From contig PXDC01000250.1 in the NCBI GenBank assembly GCA_003565135.1, forward strand, positions 1 to 46,051: a DNA stretch of 46,051 bases, in the 5' to 3' direction. The notes beneath the pieces were generated by a model. It saw only the letters and a program-made list of their open reading frames with translations. It was not told where the DNA came from and did not search any database. Positions 1 through 10,436 of this stretch are shown piece after piece (position 1 is the first letter of the stretch; the number at the start of each line of letters is the position of its first letter). The position numbers were made by a program, and so were the translations under genes. This DNA is from Verrucomicrobiota bacterium. GTDB lineage: Bacteria > Verrucomicrobiota > Verrucomicrobiia > Opitutales > T3Sed10-336.

Positions 1-103
1 ATCAGCCGCCACTACCGGCAAGCTCACAACCACACACACGATCGGAATAAGAAAACACAGTCGCATCACAAAATACCAGATAAGGGAACAACCAACAGCC
101 TAA

Positions 104-133
104 CCCGCGGACCCTCCCGCGGGCCACCTTTTT
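104..133 (+). terminator. Rho-independent terminator-like hairpin, possibly bidirectional
   Basis: Stem CCCGCGG (104-110), loop ACCCTC, stem CCGCGGG (117-123), then CCACC and TTTTT (129-133). It follows a TAA at 101-103 directly. It also lies downstream of the minus-strand dprA stop. Confidence 0.5.
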
Positions 134-191
134 CTGTGACCGCTATCCGGAGAGGAGGTTTCTCTCCGGCCGGAGTTGCCGGCCAAGCCCC

Positions 192-1313
192 CTAACGGGC
201 CTCGAAAGCGCCGTCGAGTCGCTTGGCCACCAGCCTCTTAAGCTCCAGCATCATCAGCACGGAATTAAGCTCGGACCCCGCCAAGCCGGTTTTCCCGGCC
301 AGTTGATCCGGATGCAGGATGCTCCCGTCGCCGAGGACATCCATAACCGCGATTTCCGGAGCGGACAGCTCGGGCCCGTCCTCGCGCCCGGTCGCCTCCT
401 CCGCACCAGCCGGCCTGAGGCCATCGAGGTAACCAAATTCCTCCACCACGTCGTCGGCCCCCTGCACCAGGACGGCCCCGTCCCGCAGCAGCTGGTGGCA
501 ACCGCGGCTCGAAGCCTGGTCGATCCGGCCGGGGACGGCAAAGACGGTTCGGCCCTGGTCTCCGGCAAAACGGGCCGTAATCATGGAACCTCCGTTGTTG
601 TCGGATTCCACCACAATCAACCCCTGGCACATGCCCGCAACGATACGGTTTCGCATGGGAAAACTCTGCCGGTCGGCCCGGCGGCCAAAACGAAATTCGC
701 TCAGGACCGCTCCCTGGCCGGCGATCCGGCGGTAGAGATCGAGGTTCTCCGCCGGGTAAATAATATCCAGCCCGCAACCGAGCACCGCCACCGTTCGCCC
801 GCCCGCCGAAAGCGCCCCCTCATGGGCCGCCGTGTCGATCCCGCGCGCCAGTCCGCTGACCACACAAAAACCCCGCCGCGCCAGGTCCGTGGCCAGCTTC
901 CGGGCCACGTTCTGTCCGTAAAGGGTCGGGCGGCGGGTGCCCACCATGGCGATACACGGGGCCGAAATCGTGTCGTCGCCCTTCCAATACAACCCGATGG
1001 GCGGATCGTAAATCTCCTTTAAGAGCTCCGGGTAAGCGCTGTCCCTCCAGGTGACAAACCGCGCTCCCGTCTTCGCCAACTGCGACTCCTCCTTCGGCAG
1101 GGAAACGTGATCCCTCCAGCGGATAATCGTTGCGGCCACGGCCTCTCCCACCCCCTTGACCCGCTTGAGTTCGCCGGCCGGCGCCGCGAGGATCCGCCGG
1201 GGGTCGTCGCCGAAGGCGTCCCGCAGCCGTCGCAGGGTCACCGGACCCAACTCGGGCAGCGCGTTGAGTACCAGGAAGGCCTGCTGTTCGGAAATCTCGT
1301 CGGGAACGCCCAT
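192..1313 (-). CDS. dprA: DNA-processing protein DprA (Smf)
   Basis: 373-aa ORF. N-terminal HhH-like segment (ELKRVKGVGEAVA). DprA Rossmann core motifs (MVGTRRPTLYG, VVSGLARGIDTAAH, GGSMITA). C-terminal winged-helix-like tail. Confidence 0.9.
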   Translation of the reverse strand: MGVPDEISEQQAFLVLNALPELGPVTLRRLRDAFGDDPRRILAAPAGELKRVKGVGEAVAATIIRWRDHVSLPKEESQLAKTGARFVTWRDSAYPELLKEIYDPPIGLYWKGDDTISAPCIAMVGTRRPTLYGQNVARKLATDLARRGFCVVSGLARGIDTAAHEGALSAGGRTVAVLGCGLDIIYPAENLDLYRRIAGQGAVLSEFRFGRRADRQSFPMRNRIVAGMCQGLIVVESDNNGGSMITARFAGDQGRTVFAVPGRIDQASSRGCHQLLRDGAVLVQGADDVVEEFGYLDGLRPAGAEEATGREDGPELSAPEIAVMDVLGDGSILHPDQLAGKTGLAGSELNSVLMMLELKRLVAKRLDGAFEAR

Positions 1314-1384
1314 GGGGAATCGACTCCCACCATGGTGAAGACCGGCGCAAGCGCAAGCGCGCGTTCAGCGCCGACCGGAAATAC

Positions 1385-2386
1385 TCACCCCAGGTGCGAG
1401 CGGATGAGATCTTCCAGCTTCGCCGCGTCGGCGGCGAAATTGCGGATTCCCTCGGCGGTTTTCTCCGTGGCCATGGCGTCCTCGTTTAACTGGTAGCGGA
1501 ACGTCGCCTCGTCCAGGGACGTCTTTTCCAGGTCGGAAGCCTTGGCGCTTTCCGGGTCGAGCTTGCGTTCGACCGGATCCCGGCTGTTGCGCAGCTCCTC
1601 CAGGAGTTCCGGGCTGATGGTCAGCAGGTCGCAACCGGCCAATTCGATGATCTGGCCCGCGTTGCGGAAGCTCGCCCCCATCACCTCGGTGTCGTAACCG
1701 AATTTCTTGTAGTAGTTGTAGATGGTTTTCACCGACTGCACCCCCGGGTCCTCGGCCCCGGTGTACTCCTTGCCGGTGGCCTTCTTGTACCAGTCGTAGA
1801 TGCGACCGACAAAGGGGGATATCAACTGCACGCCGGCTTCGGCACACGCGATCGCCTGCGGCAACGAAAAGAGCAGGGTCAGGTTGCAGTGGATCCCCTC
1901 CTTCTCCAACTGTTCGGCCGCGCGGATTCCCTCCCAGGTGGAAGCGATCTTGATCAGGATGCGGTCGCGGGAAATCCCCTTTTCCTCGTAGAGACGAATA
2001 AAGCGCCGCCCGTCCTCCACAATGTGGGCGGTGTTGAAGGAAAAACGCGCGTCGGTCTCGGTCGACACGCGCCCCGGAATGATCTTGAGGATCTCCGTGC
2101 CGAAGAGGACCAAGAGCTCTCCCATGATCCGGTCCACTTTTTCCGCCTCGGTCTCCCCCGAACCGCGGTGGGCGTCGACCGCCTGTTTCAGCAACGCCTG
2201 GTACTCCTCTTTCTGGACCGCCTTCAGAATGAGGCTTGGATTGGTCGTCGCGTCGAGCGGCTCGTACTGCTTCATGGCGGCAAAATCGCCCGTGTCGGCG
2301 ACCACTTTCGTGAACTGCTTGAGCTGATCGAGCTGATGGGTCTGGCTGCCGGATTCCGGCGCGGTCGTGGATGGTTTCTGAGCCAT
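1385..2386 (-). CDS. tal: transaldolase
   Basis: 333-aa ORF. Near-canonical TalB blocks: [12 protein letters not shown] and [32 protein letters not shown]...[13 protein letters not shown]. Confidence 0.95.
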   Translation of the reverse strand: MAQKPSTTAPESGSQTHQLDQLKQFTKVVADTGDFAAMKQYEPLDATTNPSLILKAVQKEEYQALLKQAVDAHRGSGETEAEKVDRIMGELLVLFGTEILKIIPGRVSTETDARFSFNTAHIVEDGRRFIRLYEEKGISRDRILIKIASTWEGIRAAEQLEKEGIHCNLTLLFSLPQAIACAEAGVQLISPFVGRIYDWYKKATGKEYTGAEDPGVQSVKTIYNYYKKFGYDTEVMGASFRNAGQIIELAGCDLLTISPELLEELRNSRDPVERKLDPESAKASDLEKTSLDEATFRYQLNEDAMATEKTAEGIRNFAADAAKLEDLIRSHLG

Positions 2387-2624
2387 GGTGCTTTCCTTGC
2401 TTACTAGAGAATCGAAAAGGCGATATTATCCGAAGCGGCACGGCCCGGGCAACCCGAATATGGGAAAATTTGGCTTCAACCCTGAATACGGCCGGGGTTT
2501 TGCTTGAAAAATCAGCCGGAACGCTTCATTTTCACGACCGCTCGAGCGGCGCGGCCGCCGCATTCTCTCTCTCTTCCCGGCCCGTGCCCGCAACTGCGAA
2601 CCCAACCTCAAATTCATTCGAATC

Positions 2625-3644
<1,020 letters not shown>

Positions 3645-3852
3645 CCGACCGACCCTGTTCGGGCGGAATTCTGGTTCCCCGCCCCCTCTTTCCCCTTTTC
3701 CCAGGCGAGGTTCCGGTCAATGCCGCAGGTAAATCGTTGACGCTGGCCGACGACCGGGCCGTAATGACTGGTTTCGTCGCGCGAAAGGCGGGTTTCCGGG
3801 ATTCCGGTTGCCCTTTGCCCGGGCGCGGGATAGATTCTTAACGACACCTGTT

Positions 3853-4842
3853 ATGGCTGAAAAGAAGTACAAGATCATCGGAGTAGGTTCTCCCATCGTC
3901 GATTCGCTGGCCCGCGTCAGTGACTCGTTTCTCGATCAGGTCGAGGGCGCCAAGGGAGGCATGGAACTGGTCGACGCCGAAACCATCGGACAGCTGATGG
4001 CCCGGCTCGAAGGCGATCTCGTCGAAGCGGCCGGCGGTTCGGCCGGCAACACGATTTTCACGCTGGCCCGCCTCGGCGTGCCGTCGACCTTCCTGGGCAA
4101 AATCGGCAACGACGCCGGGGCCGAATTCTACAAGAGCCGCTTCGCCGAACTCGGCGGCGACGCCAGCCGCTTCAAGGAGGGAGACGTGCCCAACGGTCGC
4201 TGCCTGTCGCTGGTCACGCCCGACTCCGAACGTACCATGCGAACCGACCTCGGGGCCGCCATGACCCTCTCCCCCGAGGAGGTTACCGAAGAGGACTTCC
4301 GCGAAGCCCAGCACGCCCATATCGAGGGGTACCTGCTCTTTAATCGCGACCTGATGCAGAAAGTGCTCGATTCAGCCAAGCGGGCCGGCTGCACCATCAG
4401 CGTCGACCTCGCCTCCTTCGAAGTCGTCCACGCCACCCGGGACATCCTCGCCGATATCCTCCGCGACTACGTCGATATTGTTTTCGCCAACGAAGAGGAG
4501 GCGAATGCCTTCACGGAGAAAGGCGATGACTACGCGGGCATGGCCCGGGATCTGGGCGAACTCGTGGATATCGCCGTTGTCAAGGTGGGCAAGGAGGGGT
4601 CCTATATCTGCCGAGGCGGGGAGGTCATCGCCGTCGAACCGATCCGGGTCGACGAAGTGGTCGACACCACCGGCGCCGGCGACCTCTGGGCGGCCGGATT
4701 CCTCTACGGATGGCTGACCGGACGCGACCTCGCCGACTGCGGGCGTTTCGGATCCCGGCTCGGCGCCGAAGTCGTCCAGGTCATGGGCGCCGCCATCCCC
4801 GACGAGCGCTGGAAAGCCATCGAAAAGGAGTTCGGCGTCTAA
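3853..4842 (+). CDS. PfkB-family carbohydrate/nucleoside kinase (adenosine-kinase-like)
   Basis: N-terminal GVGSPIVD and GGSAGNT, plus the PfkB signature [16 protein letters not shown]. The track start at 3808 is a TTG. The ATG at 3853 ([12 protein letters not shown]) gives a canonical N-terminus. Confidence 0.8.
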   Translation: MAEKKYKIIGVGSPIVDSLARVSDSFLDQVEGAKGGMELVDAETIGQLMARLEGDLVEAAGGSAGNTIFTLARLGVPSTFLGKIGNDAGAEFYKSRFAELGGDASRFKEGDVPNGRCLSLVTPDSERTMRTDLGAAMTLSPEEVTEEDFREAQHAHIEGYLLFNRDLMQKVLDSAKRAGCTISVDLASFEVVHATRDILADILRDYVDIVFANEEEANAFTEKGDDYAGMARDLGELVDIAVVKVGKEGSYICRGGEVIAVEPIRVDEVVDTTGAGDLWAAGFLYGWLTGRDLADCGRFGSRLGAEVVQVMGAAIPDERWKAIEKEFGV

Positions 4843-4901
4843 ACCGAATCCGTCGACGGCCGGCCCCGGTCGAGCCGGACACGCTCGCCGGGACTCCGCC
4901 G

Positions 4902-5723
4902 TCATCGCGCCTCCACGCCGGCCTGCTCCTCTTCCACCGGGTTGGTCAGTTCGCCGATTTTTTCGATCTCGATATTGACCGTGTCGCCCGCCTTCAAGTA
5001 CATCGGCGGTTTTCGGGCCATACCCACACCTTCCGGGGTACCCGTGAAAATAACCGTTCCCGGAAGGAGTGTCGTGCTGCCGCTGAGAAACTCGATCAGC
5101 GCCGGTACGTCGAATATCATGTCGCGGGTGTTGCTCTCCTGAACGGTTTTGCCGTTGAGAACCGTCTTGATCGCCAGCGCATTGGGGTCGGGGATATCAT
5201 CCCGGGTTACCAGGCAGGGGCCCATCGGTCCGAAGGTGTCGAAGCTCTTGGCCCGGCTCCATTGCCCCCCGCCCCACTTCTTCTGCCAGTCGCGGGCACT
5301 CACGTCGTTGCCGCAGGTGTAGCCCAACACGTAGTCGAGCGCCTCGTCGCGGGATACGTTTTTGCACTCCTTGCCGATCACCACCACGAGTTCGCATTCG
5401 TAGTCAACTTCGTCACTCCGTAACGCCGTAGGCAGCAGGATCGGATCGCCCGGGTGCTGCAGGGCGTTGCGGCTCTTGTGGAACACCACCGGGAACTGGG
5501 GCAACTTCGCCCCCGTTTCCTCCGCGTGCTTGCGGTAATTCAAGCCGATGCAGAGAATACACGGCGGAACCACCGGAGCGAGCAGCTTGCCCACGTCGAC
5601 ATAGCGGTCGGTCACCGTAAAGTCGCCGAAAATATCGCCGTCGATACGCAGGCAGCTCCCGTCGGTCTGCACCGCACCGTATCCGGTCACTCCGTTCAAA
5701 TCCGTGTAATGAATTATTTTCAT
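4902..5723 (-). CDS. fumarylacetoacetate hydrolase (FAH) family protein
   Basis: 273-aa ORF. FAH-fold blocks: ILCIGLNYRKHAEE, DYECELVVVIGK, GNDVSARDWQ, PGTVIFTGTPEGVG. Confidence 0.85.
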   Translation of the reverse strand: MKIIHYTDLNGVTGYGAVQTDGSCLRIDGDIFGDFTVTDRYVDVGKLLAPVVPPCILCIGLNYRKHAEETGAKLPQFPVVFHKSRNALQHPGDPILLPTALRSDEVDYECELVVVIGKECKNVSRDEALDYVLGYTCGNDVSARDWQKKWGGGQWSRAKSFDTFGPMGPCLVTRDDIPDPNALAIKTVLNGKTVQESNTRDMIFDVPALIEFLSGSTTLLPGTVIFTGTPEGVGMARKPPMYLKAGDTVNIEIEKIGELTNPVEEEQAGVEAR

Positions 5724-5827
5724 GCAGTCCCTCTACTGCAATCCGGCGCCCGAACGCAACGCTCTTAATGAGCAACCTTTCCGCCCCGGGAAGATTCTCT
5801 CTCCTCCCGCGCCCGCGCAACAATTCC

Positions 5828-6520
5828 TCACGTGCCCCGCGTATTCCCGAACAGTTCGATGTGCAGCCGCGGCGCAAACCGGAAACCGTGTTCGCGGCAA
5901 ACCGCGACCAACCAACCCGTGCGTTCCTTCAGGGTAACCGAATCGACGCCCTCCGGCATCAACAGGACATTTTCCGGAGAAACATTGTGTTCCAGCCCGG
6001 CCAGCAACCGAATGATCTCGTCGATGTCCTTTTCTCCCGCCACCACGAACTTGAGCTGGCAGGGATAGTGGTCGAGCCAATCCCGGATCACGTCGGGCCG
6101 GAGGCGGCGCGCCTCGTGACGCTCCCGCCAGCCCGCCGGAGCCCGCACTCCCGGATCGGAATTGCTCAGCTTCGGGCTGAGCGAGGCCAGATCGCAGGCG
6201 ATTCCTTCCGGGGGCACCGTCGCCGCCGTTTCAATCGTTATATGCCGCCCCTCTGCCCGAAGCGCCGCCGCCAGCGCCGGCAGCTCCTTCGCCACCATCG
6301 GCTCGCCCCCGGTCAGGACAACGTGACGGGAATCATGCCGCAAGACCTCCGCCAGCACCGCCTCGACCGAAACGTCCCTCCCTTCCGGTTCCCAGGAGGC
6401 GTACGGCGTATCGCACCAGCCGCAACGCAAATTGCAGCCGGACGTCCGCACGAATACCGAAGGGACCCCTATTAACCGGCCCTCTCCCTGGATGGAATGG
6501 AATATTTCGGAAATGAACAC
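5828..6520 (-). CDS. queE: 7-carboxy-7-deazaguanine synthase QueE (radical SAM)
   Basis: ISEIFHSIQGEG followed by the cluster motif CNLRCGWCDT, as in QueE. The stop is firm and the start is uncertain. I chose the GTG at 6520, about 8 aa before the conserved N-terminal block. The track start at 6685 adds 55 Arg/Ala/Val-rich residues with A/T-rich third codon positions. Confidence 0.8.
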   Translation of the reverse strand: MFISEIFHSIQGEGRLIGVPSVFVRTSGCNLRCGWCDTPYASWEPEGRDVSVEAVLAEVLRHDSRHVVLTGGEPMVAKELPALAAALRAEGRHITIETAATVPPEGIACDLASLSPKLSNSDPGVRAPAGWRERHEARRLRPDVIRDWLDHYPCQLKFVVAGEKDIDEIIRLLAGLEHNVSPENVLLMPEGVDSVTLKERTGWLVAVCREHGFRFAPRLHIELFGNTRGT

Positions 6521-6681
6521 AAATCGAACCTGCCACGTTTGATAAAGGTCAGCAACCTCAGCCGCCCGCAACCCTACCGGCTCACACCGGGCAAAAGCAA
6601 CGTTGCTCGCGGCACCCACTCGTGCGCAAACAGCGGGAACCACCCCGGCCCGGACTCGATTCCGTCGCGACGGCCAACCCC

Positions 6682-7374
6682 TCATCCAGGACTTTTCGGA
6701 GGGGAAGGCAGGTCAGGAGTGGACGCGTATTCGGTGGGATCCCTGACCCCCGCAAGCTGAAACGCTTCCCGGCGTTCGATGCACGTCCCGCAACGCCCGC
6801 AATGGAGGTCCCCGCCTTTATAACAGGACCAGGTCCGCGCGTAATCGACCCCCAGTTCCGCCCCTCGACGGACGATGCCTGCCTTGTCCGTTGCGATAAA
6901 GGGCCGGAGCAGCTTGATGCCGGCATACGTCCCCTCCTCCATGGCCCGCCCCATCGCTCCCATAAAGGTCTCCCGGCAGTCCGGGTAGATCGTGTGATCA
7001 CCCGTGTGCGCCGCGATCACCACTCCATCGGCTCCAATGCTTTCGGCAAACCCCGTCGCAATTGTAAGCAGGATGGCGTTGCGAAAAGGCACCACCGTCT
7101 GCTTCATGCTCGATTCCGCATAATGCCCTTCGGGAATTTCCCCCCCGGAACGAAGAAGGTTCGAGGTAAAAAGGTCGCTCATGAACCCCAACCTCACTTC
7201 GCGGAACGGCACACCCAACCGCCCGGCATGGTGCCGCGCCCAGGGGAGTTCCCGGTCATTGTGCTTTGAGCCGTAGTGGAATCCCAGGACACCCGTCACC
7301 ACGTGGCCCGCCCTCGCCTCGTAAAGGGCGGTCACCGAATCCATCCCGCCGCTGCAAAGTACAATTACGTTCAT
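6682..7374 (-). CDS. queC: 7-cyano-7-deazaguanine synthase QueC
   Basis: PP-loop VLCSGGMDSVTA. C-terminal zinc-binding cysteine cluster CYKGGDLHCGRCGTCIERREAF. Confidence 0.92.
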   Translation of the reverse strand: MNVIVLCSGGMDSVTALYEARAGHVVTGVLGFHYGSKHNDRELPWARHHAGRLGVPFREVRLGFMSDLFTSNLLRSGGEIPEGHYAESSMKQTVVPFRNAILLTIATGFAESIGADGVVIAAHTGDHTIYPDCRETFMGAMGRAMEEGTYAGIKLLRPFIATDKAGIVRRGAELGVDYARTWSCYKGGDLHCGRCGTCIERREAFQLAGVRDPTEYASTPDLPSPPKSPG

Positions 7375-7493
7375 CCTGACATTTCCGGCCCGCCGAATTC
7401 TGAACCCCCGAATTCCCCGTGATCAAACTCAAAAACCGCGCCCCGCCCCGCCCGGGCAGTCGGTTGAGCTCGGGGAATTCACTTTTAAATCAT

Positions 7494-7522
7494 TTGCAAT
7501 AAAACCCTTATATCGCTAATTT
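7494..7522 (+). promoter_or_regulatory. candidate sigma70-type promoter for rnd
   Basis: TTGCAA (7494-7499), a 17-nt spacer, then TAATTT (7517-7522), about 24 nt upstream of the rnd ATG at 7546. This is pattern match only. Confidence 0.3.
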
Positions 7523-7545
7523 CCGGAAAACTCAATTGATCACCC

Positions 7546-8688
7546 ATGCCCGTCATGGCTTTCTCGAAATCCGATTCCAACACCGTGGACCTGCCTTTTT
7601 TCTGGATCGACCGTCAAGCCGACCTCGACGCCCTGATTCAACGCCTGAAACCGCTGAACGAGCTTCCCCTCGATACCGAGGCGGACAATATGTACCACTA
7701 CCATAACCGGATCTGCCTCTACCAGTTGCAGGCCGGTCCGGATATTTACATCGTCGATGCCCTCGCCAACCTCGATCTGGCGTCCTTCATCGATTCGCTC
7801 CGGACCAAAAGGCTCATCATGCACGGAAGCGATTTCGACCTTCGATTGATGGCCGATCACTACGCGTTTCGCCCCGCCGAAATTTTCGACACCATGCTCG
7901 CCGCCCAACTTCTGGGGCTTCCCAATATCGGGCTCGGTTCCCTGATCGAACACTTTTTCGGCATCACCCTTCCCAAAGGACACCAGAAAAGCAACTGGTC
8001 GCGACGCCCGCTGCCCGAAAAGATGCTTCGCTACGCCGCCGAAGACGTCATCTACCTGCCCGAATTGCGGGAAAAGCTGGAGACCGAGTTGGAGGCCAAG
8101 GGACGCATCCCCTGGCTGGAGCAGCGTTGTGCCTGGCAGATCGACACCGCCCTCGAAGGTTTCGGCGAACGCGACGAACACGCCTGGCGCGTTTCGGGAT
8201 CCAACAAGCTCGGCCCCCGCGGCCTCGCCGTCCTCTTCGAGCTCTGGCACTGGCGCGAGCGATCGGCCCAAAAAGCCGACCTCCCCCCGTTCAAAATTGT
8301 CAACAACAACTACCTCGTCGCTATCGCCGCCGCCGTGGAAAAATCCGCCGACGCCGCCTGGCACGAAGCCCTCCCTCCAAAGGTGTTCTCGCGTCACCGG
8401 AAAGCCCTCGAACGGACCGTCCAACGCGGCCGGGAACGGGACCCGAAATCCCTCCCCCGGCGCGCCAACCCACGCGGCGATCGCCAGCCCCTCTCCAGTC
8501 TGGAGGTCGAGCGCCAGGAAGCCCTGCGCCAGTTTCGGGACCGCCAGGCCGAAAAACTCGGCATCGATCCCTCCCTTATAGCCAACCGCGCCCAATTAAC
8601 CGTGATCGCCCGTAATCGCGAAAAAGCGGACGAGATCCTCCTCCCCTGGCAGGCCGGCCTCCTCAGTGAAGCCCTGCGATCCCCCTGA
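7546..8688 (+). CDS. rnd: ribonuclease D (DEDD 3'-5' exonuclease with HRDC domain)
   Basis: 380-aa ORF. Exo motifs LDTEADNMYHY, IMHGSDFDLRLM and YAAEDVIYL. C-terminal HRDC-like segment (IANRAQLTVIA). Confidence 0.85.
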   Translation: MPVMAFSKSDSNTVDLPFFWIDRQADLDALIQRLKPLNELPLDTEADNMYHYHNRICLYQLQAGPDIYIVDALANLDLASFIDSLRTKRLIMHGSDFDLRLMADHYAFRPAEIFDTMLAAQLLGLPNIGLGSLIEHFFGITLPKGHQKSNWSRRPLPEKMLRYAAEDVIYLPELREKLETELEAKGRIPWLEQRCAWQIDTALEGFGERDEHAWRVSGSNKLGPRGLAVLFELWHWRERSAQKADLPPFKIVNNNYLVAIAAAVEKSADAAWHEALPPKVFSRHRKALERTVQRGRERDPKSLPRRANPRGDRQPLSSLEVERQEALRQFRDRQAEKLGIDPSLIANRAQLTVIARNREKADEILLPWQAGLLSEALRSP

Positions 8689-8787
8689 CCCGGCGGCGCG
8701 CAGCAATGACATAAATTCGGGTCCGGCTCACCACAATAAACCGAACCCATCCCATAACCCCATCCTGGCACCAATTTCCTCACGACG

Positions 8788-8808
8788 ATAATTAGCCTGG
8801 CTAATTAT
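8788..8808. promoter_or_regulatory. perfect 21-bp palindrome, operator-like
   Basis: ATAATTAGCC-T-GGCTAATTAT. It is AT-rich in a GC-rich context, 80 nt upstream of the ATG at 8889, and abuts a TATACT -10-like hexamer (8806-8811). Confidence 0.4.
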
Positions 8809-8888
8809 ACTCTGACTTAAAATCCGACCCCGTCCCGGCATCGCTATTCCGTCGACAAATCGTCGGCATTCTGATCTTAACGGGGGGC

Positions 8889-9566
8889 ATGTATGCATCG
8901 GAGCTGTTTTCCCATCCGGCCGATTTCCCGTTCGCGGAATTTTTCCCGCTGAATACGGCCCCCTGGGAGTGGGTGAGTTCGATCGGAAAGGCTTTGCAGG
9001 CCTTTTCCTTTGGGCCCCTCGAGCGAACCCTGCCCCCCGGAGTTCATTGCGAGGGGCCGGTTTTCCTTCATCCGACCGTGACCCTTCCCCATAGCTGTAC
9101 TCTGGTCGGACCGATCTATATCGGCGCCGGAACGGAGATTCGTCCCGGCGCCTACCTTCGCGGCAACGTGATTGCCGGGGAAAACTGCGTGCTCGGTCAC
9201 GCCTCCGAATTCAAAAACTGCCTGCTCCTGAACAACGTGGAGGTTCCCCATTTCAACTACGTGGGCGACTCGGTACTCGGGAACAGAGCACACCTCGGAG
9301 CCGGGGCGGTACTGGCCAATCTTCGGCTCGACCGTGGGCCGGTCACGGTGCGCCTGCCTTCCGGCGCCGTCGACACCGGCCTCTCCAAACTCGGCGCTCT
9401 CCTCGGCGACGGAGCCGAAACCGGCTGCAACGCGGTCCTTCAACCGGGCACGATTCTCGGAAAACGGTCCGTCGTTCTCCCCGCTGTCGCCTTCGGCGGC
9501 GTTCTCCCTCCCGCCACGATCGCCCGAGTCCGCGAATCGTTCACCACGTTGCCCCGGAAGAATTAA
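8889..9566 (+). CDS. left-handed beta-helix (hexapeptide-repeat) transferase-like protein, GlmU C-terminal-like
   Basis: 225-aa ORF with successive hexapeptide-type repeats (IGAGTEIRPGAYLRGNVIAGENCVLGHASEFKN..., VGDSVLGNRAHLGAGAVLAN). A G-rich SD-like tract lies before the ATG. Confidence 0.65.
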   Translation: MYASELFSHPADFPFAEFFPLNTAPWEWVSSIGKALQAFSFGPLERTLPPGVHCEGPVFLHPTVTLPHSCTLVGPIYIGAGTEIRPGAYLRGNVIAGENCVLGHASEFKNCLLLNNVEVPHFNYVGDSVLGNRAHLGAGAVLANLRLDRGPVTVRLPSGAVDTGLSKLGALLGDGAETGCNAVLQPGTILGKRSVVLPAVAFGGVLPPATIARVRESFTTLPRKN

Positions 9567-9677
9567 AACCTCCCCAGCCTCCGGACAGGGACAGGACTGC
9601 CGACAATCCCGCAGGCCGGAATTCGTCCGCCCGAATGCCTCTCGACAAGAGGCGGCAGCGTTGCCGATACTCGCGCC

Positions 9678-10385
9678 ATGACAGGAAACATGGACGGTTC
9701 TTGGCGGATTTTTCGTGCTTTGGGGATCGATGTCTACGTCCACTGGTCGTGGTTCATCGCCCTGATGATCTTCTTCCAGCTCTTCGGGGGCGACAACCCT
9801 TTGATGTTTTTATTCCTTTTCGGCACCCTCTTCGGGGTGGTCGTCCTGCACGAATACGGACACGCCCTCGCCTGCCGGTCAGTGGGGGGCCGGGTAGGTC
9901 ACATCGTCCTCTGGCCGCTCGGCGGCATCGCCTTCGTCCAACCTCCCCCGCGCCCTTCCGCTCTGCTCTGGACCATCGCGGCGGGACCGCTGGTCAACCT
10001 CGCACTGATTCCGGCCGGGATCGTCGCCCTCCTGGCGGCCGGAACCGTCGGCGCGAGCGACGCCGTCCTGACCTATTTGAACTGGTTTATATACATCAAC
10101 GGGCTCCTCTTTGTGTTCAACATGATGCCCGCCTACCCCCTCGACGGCGGCCAGATCCTCCAGGCCATCCTGTGGTATTTTATGCCGCGGGGCCGAGCCA
10201 TCTACATTTCCTCCGCAATCGGTCTGGTCTTCGGCGGCGTGATGGTCGCCTTCGGCCTTATGGGGCACACCAACCCGGAGATCGGCCGCGCCCTGCCCAT
10301 CACGCCTCTCTGGATGGCCATTCTCGGAGCGTTTATTACATGGGAAGCCTACAAGACCCTTCAAGTGTCAAGGGGCAGCACGTAG
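9678..10385 (+). CDS. site-2 protease family (peptidase M50) membrane metalloprotease
   Basis: HEYGH (HExxH) in a hydrophobic helix. Multiple TM segments. A second metal-ligand region NMMPAYPLDGG. Confidence 0.8.
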   Translation: MTGNMDGSWRIFRALGIDVYVHWSWFIALMIFFQLFGGDNPLMFLFLFGTLFGVVVLHEYGHALACRSVGGRVGHIVLWPLGGIAFVQPPPRPSALLWTIAAGPLVNLALIPAGIVALLAAGTVGASDAVLTYLNWFIYINGLLFVFNMMPAYPLDGGQILQAILWYFMPRGRAIYISSAIGLVFGGVMVAFGLMGHTNPEIGRALPITPLWMAILGAFITWEAYKTLQVSRGST

Positions 10386-10436
10386 GCTCGATCCTGCTGC
10401 AGACGCTCCGCCGCGCGTCCGGCTTAAACCGGCACG

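Noticed and set aside
6505-6535. tRNA-like T-loop (GGTTCGATT) on the minus strand
   Set aside because: The flanking bases cannot form a T-stem, and there is no acceptor or anticodon arm. It lies at the queE 5' end.
6521-6685. Taking the ATG at 6685 (ATGA overlap with queC) as the queE start
   Set aside because: The 55-aa extension has no counterpart in QueE proteins as I know them and has A/T-rich third positions. It is kept as an open question in the findings rather than as the gene model.
7375-7545. preQ1 riboswitch upstream of queC
   Set aside because: I looked on the minus strand for the preQ1-I hairpin plus A-rich tail, and for class II/III features, and found no convincing match. Only an uncharacterised hairpin is present. 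A covariance-model scan is needed for certainty.
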